From assembly GCF_018350175.1 (NCBI RefSeq), contig NC_058368.1, forward strand, positions 48,672,001-48,736,000: a stretch of 64,000 nt of DNA, given 5' to 3'. Shown piece after piece: positions 53,144 to 64,000 of this stretch (positions are counted from its first letter, which is position 1; every line of letters begins with the position of its first letter). This DNA is from Felis catus (Eukaryota). The notes under the pieces were generated by a model, which made no database searches, was not told the origin of the DNA, and saw only the letters and a list, made by a program, of their open reading frames with translations. Both the position numbers and the translations under genes were made by a program.

Positions 53144-54140
53144 CATATAAAGTGTATTTTTAAAATTTTATTAACCGATCAACATTATTTTGTTTTGCCC
53201 AAATAAACCTTCTCTAAACTCATTATACCACGGCACGTCCTACTAGCCAAGTATATCCCAGGATCTAATTTTGGGAATCACAATATTCTCGTGTTATGGC
53301 AAATGATAAAAGTTTGCCAAAACACCATAAAGCCATCAGCTCTAAAAGATAACAGAAAAGGATGTGTGAAACCACCACAGTGGCCAAAATAATGTTTTTA
53401 ATTTGCTTTCTTATTCTTGCAGATTTGCTTTTTTCTTTTCTATAAAAAGTAAACATTTTCCATGAAGAATTATTGCCATATCCACTAAAAACCTAAAACC
53501 TTTCTTTTTCCAGATACAAGGAATTTTTTCCCATGAATTTTAAGCAACTTGGTCCATGTATCACAACTTACTTTGTATTGTAAGTTTCCACATAAGTCTC
53601 ACCTTCCCTCTTTGATTTTCAGCTAATTAATGATAATGCCCTATCCGTTTCCATACATGATTCCGGATTACATAATAGGAGCTAAATAAGTGTAGGTCAA
53701 ATGGGTAAGGCATTTTTTATAGAGATAATGTTTTTTTGTTACTCGTATGATGCCTCTGACTGTAACAGCTTTATCAAATGACAGAATGCATACTGGCCAG
53801 AAGTTACTGGTCTACTGCTGCCACTGTGACATACCCTATAGCAGTTGCCTTCTAAAGCAATTTTTTGCATTAGGTCTCACAATTTGTTTTAGCACATGTA
53901 TCAACCATCACAAAATTGGCTTCTGTATTGAGGTAAATATGCTAGTAAGTGCAGTAGGTCAGTATCTACAAACAAAATAACAGCCTGTAAATACAGTATC
54001 TGTCTAATACTCCCATTTTTTGCTCTTACTCTACAAGAAGATTAAATCTGGACTATCATACTTACTGCTGAAGGGAGTTAAGAGTAATACAGGGAATAGG
54101 GCATAACACAACGGCTTTCCAGCGTTCAAATCTTTACTTT

Positions 54141-54265
54141 AGAGATACGTGGGTGGCTCAAACATTTGACTCTTGATTTTAGCTCAGGTCATGATCTCAT
54201 GGTCTTAGGGTGGTGAGATAGAGACCCGTGTTAAGCTCCACGCTGGGCATGGAGCCTGCTTGAGA

Positions 54266-54319
<54 letters not shown>

Positions 54320-54375
54320 GCCACCCTCCCCACTTGCTCTCCCTCTCAAAATAAATAAACATCAAAAAAAAAATA
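54141..54375 (+). mobile_element. CAN-SINE, older, with (CT)n
   Basis: gggtggctca...ctcaggtcatgatctc...ggagcctgcttgagattc. Confidence 0.88.
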
Positions 54376-54600
54376 TTTAAAGCTAACTGGCTACTGACCA
54401 TGGTTATTGGCATTAATTGCGTTAAAATCAGCCCCTACATCTATAAAATAGAAACCATAATATCATACATATGTACTCAACAAATATTTAATGAATAAAA
54501 AGAGGAATCTCATATTTTAATATGTGATGCACTTCTGAAAACTTAAAAAAATTATATATGTCAAGGGACCAGACTCATGTTTTAAAGGAGACCCACTCTT

Positions 54601-54839
54601 GGGGCACCTGGGTGGCTCAGTCAGTTAAGCGTCCAACTTTGGCTGAAGTCATGATCTCACAGTTTGTGAGTTCAAGCCCCGCGTTGGGCTCTGTGCTGAC
54701 AGCTTGGAGCCTGGAGCCTTCTTCAGATTATTTGTCTCCCTCTCTCTCTGCTCCTCCCCTGCTCGCACTTTGTCTCTCTCTCCCTCAAAATAAATAAACA
54801 TTAAAAAAAAATTTTTTAATAATAATAATAAAATTAAAA
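54601..54839 (+). mobile_element. CAN-SINE
   Basis: TSD aaaggagacc(c/t)actct at 54584-54599 and 54840-54855. Confidence 0.94.
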
Positions 54840-54856
54840 AAAGGAGACCTACTCTC

Positions 54857-55050
54857 AGAGACAAAAGAGGGAAAGGGGGAGAGAGAGGGAGAGGGGCAGA
54901 GGGGGAAAAAGAAAGAACCCAAAGCAGACTCTGCACCAGTAGCACAGAGCCCCATGCGGGGCTCGAACTCATGAACCGTGAGATCATGACCTGAGGCGAA
55001 ACCAAGAGTCAGATGCTTATAAGATTAAGAATAAGCCACCCAGGTGCCCC
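54857..55050 (-). mobile_element. CAN-SINE
   Basis: Reverse head aagccacccaggtgcccc; gggctcgaactcatgaaccgtgagatcatgacctgag. Confidence 0.9.
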
Positions 55051-55384
55051 AAATTTTCAAATTATTTTTTAAAATACTGTCAAAAATAGCAAAGTCATTG
55101 GGGGAGGGGAACTCTTACTGGGCAGTGAGCACCATCACACAACTGCTATAAAACAATGCATCCTTAAGTCAAAATCCAGTGTATAGAAGGTACTTTAGGG
55201 GTTTCCACATATAGTATTCAAAGTATAAATTATTTGAAAGTCAACCATACATACCTGTGTAGTAAAGAGTACATATCAAATAAACTAACATGTGAAAAAC
55301 ACAGTACCTAACTTCTGAACAATAAAGAGTAGCTATTTTATTTTGCTGCTACTACTCATTCTGAATGGCTGCTTTTAAGAGCAC

Positions 55385-55519
55385 TACCTTGTGATCCAGC
55401 AATCACACTACTTGTATTTACCCAAAGAATACAAGAATACTAATAACAGCATTATTTACAAAAGCCAAGATATGGAAGCAGCCCAAGTGTCCATCGACTG
55501 ATGAATGGATAAAGAAGTG

Positions 55520-55568
<49 letters not shown>

Positions 55569-55982
55569 GGAATATTAGCCATAAAAAAGAATGAAATCTT
55601 GCCATTTGCCACAACACCGATACAGCTAAAGACTAAAACAATAAGCGAAATACGTCAGTCAGAGAAAGACAAATACCATATGATCTCATTCATATGCAGA
55701 ATTTAAGAAACAAAACACATGAGCAATGGGGGGAAAATAAGAGAAGGCGAGACAAGTCAAGAAACAAACTTTTAATTGTAGAGAACAAATTGATAGTTAC
55801 CAGAGGGGAGGGTGGAGGGGGGATGGTTTAAGTAGGTGACAGGGATTAAGGAGGGCACTTGTCCTTATGAGCACTGGGTGATGTATGGAAGCGTTGAATC
55901 ACTATATCATACACTTGAAACTAATGCAACACTGTATGTTAACTAACTGGAATTAAAAATTATAATACAAAAAAAAAAAAAA
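55385..55982 (+). mobile_element. Carnivore L1 (L1_Carn-like) 3' fragment containing (TA)n
   Basis: gatatggaagcagcccaagtgtccatcgactgatgaatggataaagaag...gagcactgggtgatgtatggaagcgttgaatcactatat...poly(A). Confidence 0.92.
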
Positions 55983-56019
55983 GAGACAGAGAAAGAGAGA
56001 GAGGCACCAATATCCTAGA

Positions 56020-56250
56020 GCAGACTAATATTTGTTGAGCACTAAATATGTACAAGGCTCTATACACCTGACACTTTATGGACATTACCACAATTTTAGT
56101 CTTCAAAACTATTCTGCCATGTTGACATTATTTGTTCTTGTTTTTGTTTTTACTTATACGTAAACAGAGACTTGGAGAATTAACTTGTCCAGTCAACCAG
56201 CCAAACCCAAGTAGTCTGAGGTTTCAAATCCAGAACCCTTTGACTCCACT
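56020..56250 (-). mobile_element. MIR fragment
   Basis: atatttgttgagcactaaatatgtacaaggctct...taaacagagacttggagaattaacttgtcca. Confidence 0.55.
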
Positions 56251-56439
56251 ACAAAGCTTCATTTCGCGAAGAGAAAAAGAAAAGAAAAAAAAAAAAAAGG
56301 CAGGAAAAGGTAGTGAATTGTGGAATGGCTAATAGAGTTGAATATGCTTAGCTAGAGAGAGATCAAAAGACTTAGGAAGGAAAAATCCATGATACTGGCA
56401 CTTGGCTACTGGAGGGTTAGTCACAGAGATTGCACTCCT

Positions 56440-56800
56440 TAATTTGTTCCTTGTACAAGTATTTTAGCACTGTGTGATCTGTCACTATGGTAGGCACTGG
56501 GTGAGAAGCCAGTACAGTAACTATGAAGAAGAATAATTTCCTGCTCTCAAGGGGCTTACTATTGGGAGGGGACCAGCAAATCAACAAGCAGTTGCACCAG
56601 AAAAACAGCATGTACTGTAGGGCCATAGAACACAGCCTGGCACCCTGAATATTCTTATTCAGTACTCTTATTCTTATTCAATATTCTTATTCAAGTACTT
56701 TGCGAAGTAAGGGATGGTAAGAATCTCAGAGGAAGTGATGTTTACAGTGATAGTTGCAACAGGAACAGGAGTTAGGCAAGGTGTATGTGTGACATAGAAA
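56440..56800 (-). mobile_element. L2 fragment
   Basis: tcctgctctcaaggggcttactatt...ggtaagaatctcagaggaagtgatgtttaca. Confidence 0.55.
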
Positions 56801-57689
56801 GAGTCTAAAATGAATTCTATTGATGAGCTAGTGTGAGTCAATTTCTTTGCTCTTCCAAGAATAGTGTTTACACAGAGCGTGAAAAAATATTTTTTTTGTT
56901 TCTTAACTGAAGAAAATGTGGCTGGGGAGAAATTATGTAAATTAATATTGTTAATTTTCTCAAATGTATGTGTGTAAAGAAATGTACACAGCAGAAAAAA
57001 ATGTGTGCATAAATAAAATACGTTCAATAAATTTTCAAATATCCATGTAATATCTCCATCATTTACCTCTCTTGGCTGTGCATTTATTGTGTTACAACAA
57101 TGTTTGAGTCTAACCAAGACGCTTTATTTCTGGCTTAAGCCATAAATCAGACATAGCTTAATCAACAGAATCTTCGCTTAACTAGGGATTTGCAGTTCAA
57201 TAAGACTGTTCTAAATTATAGAATAACAGCACAAAATTAATGATTCTATTAAAAAAAGGGTATTTTTAATGACTAGTGGTCTCACTGAAGGAGGTTTACA
57301 ATCTCTAAGAAATCACTGTTGATCTTCACTTTCTGTTTTCTGTAAAATGATTATGGGAACTGTATTTTCTTGTACATTCTTTTGAAAAGCTCAGATACTT
57401 CACCTGCATTATACAAATGTTAATGGTAAAGTTACATACCAGCTACAGAGAAACTTTTTAAGAATGACTTTCTCAAGGTCACAGAGCAAATCTCTGGTGA
57501 GACAGGAATGGAATTCATGACCTTTGACTGCCAGAAGTTTTCTACCCACACTCGGAAATTCCTTCTCCATAAGTGTAATTTATATGCTCACTTAGAGAGG
57601 CTGGAAAGTTCATCCCTTGTAGGGATGTGGGGGATGGAGAGGGAGTGGTTTTCCTGTCAAATCAGTTGCCACGCTAGTACTTTCTAGTT

Positions 57690-57830
57690 TTACAAAGTGA
57701 TTCGTACCCACACTATCTTCTTTTACCCTCACCACAACCCTGTAAAATGTCTATTATTTTTCCCATTTTACAGACTCAGGTTAAGAAATTTAACCAAGGT
57801 CGTCCAGTTTTAGTAACCAAGAGACCCTGC
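57690..57830 (-). mobile_element. MIR fragment
   Basis: cctcaccacaaccctgtaaaatg...tcccattttacaga. Confidence 0.65.
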
Positions 57831-60800
57831 TTCAGATTGTGATATCTCTGCCACCTCAATCAGTCCAGATTCCAGGATATATAATCTTAGCAGATACCGG
57901 ATTGTGAAATGAATAAATATTTTCTTTACAGTTAGCTGTTTCATTTTTTCACAATCATTTATCTTGGTTCTCATTTAGTTATGTTGGTTTGTTTTCTCTG
58001 GGGCAAGGCTGTTTTCACGTTCTAAGTTTGCTTCCTAAACTCAAAACCAAGTGAGAACATTATTACTAAACATAGGATTTGGAAAAAACAAACTGTGTGT
58101 TTTCCTTCTTTTGTATACAAGTGGGAGGAGGGGGACTTTTTACTGTAATTCTTGCTCGTAATATATGTAGCGTCGGGGGTGTCGGGGGGATATATACACC
58201 AACATACAGAATATAAAAACTCAAGTTCATAAATACTATACGCATGCATATATATACATAAAATATACGTAAAATAGCAAATACACATACATGTAATATA
58301 CACATATACATCACGCCCAGAATAATTCTAAAAACCCACAGGTGTTGTGACTGTAGCACTGGGAACACAACTCCTGGCTGTCTAGGCCAGTAAACTGTAA
58401 TAGCTGCGGCTTCTATTACCTCTGATGGGACGGAGAAAACTATCCCAAAGCTCTCCAATGGTTTCTCTCACCTTCCATGCAGCAGTACAGCAGCAAAGGC
58501 TTCCTGCTACCCCATCTGTACCTAAAAAGCAATACTCTTCAGACCAGTCCAATTATGCTAATAATCAAAAAAATATACCACGAAACAGCAACAGAAGTAT
58601 ATGACTTTCACTGGAGAAAAAGACAGGAAGAAAGACCACGCCAAGAGCAGAATTCTCTGGGTGAATATCCTGTAGTCTACTGCCAGACCCAAACAAATTT
58701 TTATGGAGCAACAGGACTACTCAAGTAGCCACTTTTATGACAATAAACACCCAAAACCGAAAAATCCTTTTGTAACATAATTACTGAGAATATATAGAGA
58801 AAGTAACCATTTAATCCACAGCATGTGTTCTCAGCCACAAGAACTCAAAAGCTGACATCAGATGGGGTGTGGCTGGTCCAGGCCCTGAAAATGAATTCTG
58901 GCCTGTTGAAGTCAGACATTTCCCTGAACGGGTTTGGGATCTGGAAATACAGCAGATCTCACAGAGCCCAGGGCTGTTGACCTCCTGGGCATAGGGCAAG
59001 GCCCATCTGTTTACTTGCATTTTGATTTTGGGAGCTGTGGTTGTGGTGGATGAGTTAAGGCTGTGGTTTATAGGGTGTCGCCAGTGATTTAATTTTAATA
59101 TTTTTACCCTTACATCTTGTACATACTAAAGACTGAAAGCTGTGCGTAATTTGTCAGCTGAAAAATAAACATAAAAGAAAATAAGTGAACAGGGGGCAAA
59201 AATACAGATATTACCACTCTACTATCATACAGCATTTTCAAAACATAAATGATAAAGGCAAGCAACCGCAACCTATTTTAGAAATTATTTATAAAAATGA
59301 AAGCTGTTTTCTACAAGGAAAAAGATAACCATGGGTGTTAAATAAAACTGTTAAATAAAGCAGTTTTGAGATTTTTAGTTCTTGCTCCTTAATCAGCGTG
59401 AAAGCACAAGCGGGAAGACTTCCTTATCCAAAACAAATAACTTTTCAAATAAGTCTGCACCTCTAGTTTTGTAGAATACAACTACTTTGTATCAATACAC
59501 AAATCATCTAGTTACATTTATGAAGTAAACCCTCTAAGAAGACTGTTTCTCTCACAATCTAAAGAAAACCATTTGACACCCCCAATTTAATTGATTATCT
59601 TAATGAAATTCACACATAAATACGAAATTCCACACTTTCCATTTTGTACAATGGCAAAAACACCGAGGACCTTCGTATGTTCAACTGCTTAACAATATCA
59701 CCTCACTGGTAAGGCGACTCAGTACTCTAGATTAACCAACACTGGCTTGAGTTCAAAATGCCCTCAGTGTAGGCCTAGAGGCCTAAGCACTTACGTCCTC
59801 TTTGCAGAGGAAAAAGAAAAAAACAAAACACACAAAAAAAACCACACCTATGTTTAAGACCAAATTATTTCATTCACTTGATAACAGCCTGCTTCATGAT
59901 AGAACATTTAAAACTCACTCAGTCTGTTCAAGTGCTTGTTTACCTTTCACAGGAGGCAGGGAAGTAATCCCCGAGGAACATATATATTTTTAAATGACCA
60001 GAACACTACTGCTATTCTATGCCTGATGCACCCTCTTCGGAATGAATGAACATCACGCATCCTGATTTGTTTTTCCCTTGGCCTGGGGAGAGTGAGCGCA
60101 CTGGTGTTTGCAGTCCCTTCCCTTTCTGTACACACAGAGGCTGCAGCTGTAGTAAACAACCACCAGCCAAAAGTTGCTAAGGTCAAGGTCTCAAATGCTA
60201 CACCAGGACCAGTTTTCTCCCAAATGACATTCAGTTACTGAAAAAGAACTTTCTGGAGAAAAAAAATATATATGTTAAGGGCCCACTGGCACAACAATTT
60301 TCATTCAATAAATAGTAATACAAAGCATTCCAAAATAAAGTTTAGCTGACCGAAGCTTCTTTTAAATAGGCATCGCTAAGTAATAGATAAATAACTGAAG
60401 CAACTCAAAAATAAACAGAAATTCCTCAAGAATGTTCTGTGTATCTGACCCAACTATATTAGTTACATGGTTTTGGTTCATAAATTTGAAACTTCCAAAT
60501 TTCACCAGCTTCGGTATACTTCATAATAGTTATGAATTACAAGACAAGAATAATAAACTTCTCTCCTAAATGCATTACCAATTTCTGCCAATACTTCTAT
60601 GCTCTAATTGCTCCCTCCCCAACTCAAAGAAGCTTACCACACTCAAGCTAGTCTCCAATCGATTGACCAGGCTGCAGCGATAAAGATACAACTTATGCAA
60701 CTGAAATGTTTGCCCTTCACCATCCCATGTCTACTAAGCTTCCACAGTTAAACATCTTCTAGCCTAAAAGTATACCCCTTTATCGCAACCAATTTCTGCG

Positions 60801-62561
60801 TGGTTTTAAAGAATGTAAACAAAATGCGAATGGGGTCTACAAACAGCACAACCAGGCTTTTTTTGGGGGGGTGGGGGGAGTCACTGTTTTTATTAAATGC
60901 TAATTCCAAAGAGCATTTGTTACATGATGGAATACACCCACTCTTCCAGAGTGACCACTCCTATTCCCATCACAAGAGGCTCCCTTTTAAAAGACACCAA
61001 ATTTATTTCAAAGCATTTACTTATCTAAACAACTCTCTCCTCCAGTAAGAAAAGGGCCTGGAGGCGTCTAGGTGGATTTGCACAATGACGTTATTTGATT
61101 GACAGATGTCTACTGAGGCCACTGGATGCACAGGCACCAAATGTAAATAGACCTGCTCACCTCCCTGGTGTGACCGGGAAACAGAGAATATTAAAGCTGA
61201 TTTACAATAAAATATCCCAGTGCTCGGCCGAGAATTCTATTAGCCAGTGGGATTGCTTAAAACAATCCACACAGAACGATACTTAAACCATCTGTATTGT
61301 TAAATTAGAGAGCTGACGATATTAACCATACAAACTGTTTATCCAGATTACACATTCCGTTGTACTAACACTCTTTAACTCAACACAGTCAGTTTTTATC
61401 AGCTGAATTAAGGGTATTACTATTAAAGTATGCAAAACTCGAAGCGCAGGGTGAAGGGGGGCTGGGAAGCCGCAGGGCATATAACAAAGGAATTGGTACT
61501 TTTTCCAAGCGTTTGCCTCAAATGCACTTCGAAACAGAACTGTTGAGTGCACCCCACCCTTTTCCCCAAAGATAAAAGTTTTTCAAAGTTCTAATACGCA
61601 GCTCTCTACCCAACAAAAGCAGGATTGATTCTCCCCATAGGGGAGCATCTAACACGAACACCAACTCATGTCGCGGAGGTCAAGTCCGAGTCCTGGGAGC
61701 GAGCTTCTGAGGCTAGAAAGGGCTCCCAGGCCAGCTCCGCGGGCTGCCCGGCTCGGGTGGACGTGCAAAGTTGCCCCTTGTCAACTCCGGCCGGCTCCCC
61801 CGTAATTGAAAATAACAGCCACGGGCCAGCCCCTGGCTACTTCCGCGGACCAGGCACTGTAGCAAGTGACAGTTACACATCATTACGACCGGAGACAATA
61901 ATGAATGTAGCACCAGGACCACTATTCATGCCAGCAGTGTCATCTCCGCCTTAACCCCTTCCCCTCCACTCTCTCCAGCGCACACCCACAGCCCACACAG
62001 CCCCGGTGCGGCAGCTATTCACCGAACTCGCTCTCCTCCTGGGGGCAAACTACTTCCACAACCCCCCACCCCCGCCTCCCCGATTCAGTCCGGGTGTTTT
62101 ATGTCCCATCCTTGGCAACCGTCAGGCAAACATTGCAACCAACAATTCCACCAGGGGTAGAAAAACATTTGCTTAATTCACGGTACTTGATAAGTTCTTT
62201 AAAAAAAAAAAAAAAATTGGTGCGGGGGGGGGGGTGGAGAGAGAAACCTCCTTCTTTCTTCTTCACATATCCGACCGACGCTACTTGCTTTGCAATAGCA
62301 TCGCCCTCCCTCGGCCCCCTCCCGCTTCCCAACACTTTCCCCCTTTAAGAACACAGACCAACCAAAATGATTTAACTTGAGCAGATGACAGAAGGAAAAT
62401 AAAACATGTTAAGAGAACACGGTCTGATTTGGGATGGCAAAAAAAAAAAAAAAAAAAAAAAGGAGGGGGTTGTTTATTTTGATAAGAAACGGAATCGGCA
62501 CAGACCTGAACAGAAGCTGCAGAGCAGGAGAAATTGTTTTCTTTCCCTCACACAGAGTCCC

Positions 62562-62678
62562 CCTCTCTCTCTCCCTTTCTCTCTCTCTCTCTCGCACACA
62601 CACGCGCGCGCACACACTCACTCTCGCACACACACGGCGTCACCCGCGCACACTCACACGCACACTCGCACACGCACA
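62562..62678. repeat. (CT)n followed by mixed (CA)/(CG) alternating tract
   Basis: ctctctctctcgcacacacacgcgcgcgcacacactcac... Confidence 0.85.
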
Positions 62679-62764
62679 GGCAGAGCCTCTCAGCTGCTCT
62701 CTGCAGTTCTCAGGAAATGAATGGGGGGCAACCCAGGGAACTGTTGTACTTGCAAATGACTTAC

Positions 62765-62950
62765 CCGGATCACATGATGCGCTAAATGTAGGGTGGGCCG
62801 GTGGGTGGAGGCTGCCGAGACGCGAGCCCCGGTCTAGCGTGGGGAGCCTCGCCAGGCCCGCATCGAATTACCCCGGGGCCCAGCCGAGGGGGTTGCAAGA
62901 CGCCGCTTCTCCTCCCTTGCAGCCCGCAGCTCAGGAAACCGGAGAGGCGT
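62765..62950 (-). other. Candidate non-coding 5' exon ending at a consensus splice donor
   Basis: + strand acttacccg at 62759-62767 reads CGG|GTAAGT on the minus strand, inside the CpG island; 5' boundary unknown. Confidence 0.5.
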
Positions 62951-64000
62951 GGGGGGTGGGGTGGGGTGGGGTGAGGTGAGGTGGGGGGGGTGAAAACACC
63001 AAACCCCCAAACAAAAGAGCTCCGGGTCCTCCTCCCCAGAAACAAAGCCCCGCCGCTGCGGGCGAGCCCCGGGGTGGGGCCGAGGGCGGGGGCGGCGGCG
63101 GGGAGGGGCTCGCTCAGCAGGCGCTAAGTCGCTTTATTGCCATAAAATGGGGCCCCCGAGCCGCTCCGCCCGAGGATTAGGAGGCGGGCTCTGAGTGTGA
63201 TGGTTGAAATCCCCTGTGGGAAACTAACCCCTCCCCGCTCGCAGAGGTAGAAGGCAACACCCACTGCCCGGCCCTCGCCTCGCCGCCCGGGCCGCCGGGC
63301 TGGGGGGTGGGTCCGCGGAGCCTCCACCCCGCCCCACCCCGCCCCACCCCTGCCCCCGCCCCCCGGCCTCGGCCGCGCTTCCCTTTCACCTGCACCACCT
63401 TGCTGCGGCACCCAAAATAACCTACACATGGCCAACGGAGCTTTGGGAGCCGCCGGCCGAGGGGGGCCCGCGGGGCCTCGCGGCGGGAGGAACCCCCGGA
63501 TTGCAACTCGCCAGGCGAGGACTCGCGCTGAGCCGCGAGAAAGTCCCCTCTTTTGTGTCAGAGCGCGCAAGGCAGCCTTCGGGAGAGAATTCGGAGGCAA
63601 ATCGAGCGCGCAGCCCGCCCGGCCCCCCGCCCCCTCCCCGCTCCGGCCCGGGTGGGGGCGTGCAGGGAGGGGGCCGGGCGCCCGAGCCGTCCCCGCGGCT
63701 CGCCCGCCAGCTAACTTGGAAAGGTGTGGGCGGAGCCGGCTCGAGCGGCCGGCCGAGGCTGCGGGCACGGCGGCGCGGCGGCTCCCGGGGACCGCCCCCG
63801 GGCGCCGGGCATCGCCCGGGTCGGGCAACAATGGGGTCCAAAGCAGGGGCAGCCGGGCGGGCGGTGCTCTCGGAGCTGGGGTACGCGCGGGGGTGGGGCG
63901 GGCCGGGGGCTGGGCGAGGAAGGGAGAGGGATCATTGTTTGGGTTCGGGAGCAGCGCACGTTGTGGGCGAAGCGGGGGCGTCCTCCCTCCCAGTGCTTCA

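Larger units (their letters stand above)
1..62764 (-). other. Probable large first intron of an unidentified minus-strand gene
   Basis: CpG island with minus-strand donors at the right end, all L1 fragments antisense to it, A-rich + strand, no coding exons found. Confidence 0.6.
61670..64000. promoter_or_regulatory. CpG island and probable promoter (core about 62590 to the window end, shore about 61670-62330)
   Basis: Abrupt rise in GC and CpG density, many GC boxes (ggggcggg/ccccgccc), no SINEs or L1; extends past the window end. Confidence 0.92.

Noticed and set aside
62406..63959. Long Pro/Gly/Arg/Ala-rich ORFs up to 235 aa
   Set aside because: Expected in GC-rich islands where stop codons are rare; overlapping frames, mostly non-ATG starts, no recognisable domain.
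62500..64000. Assigning a gene symbol to the promoter
   Set aside because: No coding exon is in the window and I do not reliably recognise the UTR; a BLAT or BLAST search is required.
1..64000. Prokaryote-type systems (CRISPR, operons, defence islands) or endogenous viral genes
   Set aside because: The sequence is mammalian repeat-rich non-coding DNA with no regularly spaced repeat-spacer array and no gag/pol/env-like segment.

Overview
Mammalian genomic DNA from a felid, judged by about 30 CAN-SINEs including young SINEC_Fc-type copies and cat-type L1 3' ends. I find no credible protein-coding region: the listed ORFs come from microsatellites, SINEs, decayed L1 or GC-rich CpG-island sequence. 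The window reads as about 62 kb of a large first intron of a gene on the minus strand, with its CpG-island promoter and probable non-coding first exon(s) at the right end (about 61.7-64 kb). Support: minus-strand splice donors in the island, every recognisable L1 fragment on the + strand, and an A-rich + strand. I cannot identify the host gene from sequence alone. The interior is dominated by layered transposon fossils (L1, L2, MIR, MaLR LTRs, hAT and Tigger MITEs), including an 11-kb nested L1 cluster at about 40.3-51.4 kb. I see no evidence for a new biological system. The best leads are two closely spaced inverted SINE pairs, ultra-truncated TPRT insertions with clean target-site duplications (TSDs), a SINE carrying read-through sequence, a 90-bp higher-order RY minisatellite, a candidate recursive splice site and alternative first-exon donors. 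Repeat family names come from recognising consensus motifs by eye and boundaries are approximate unless a TSD is given.
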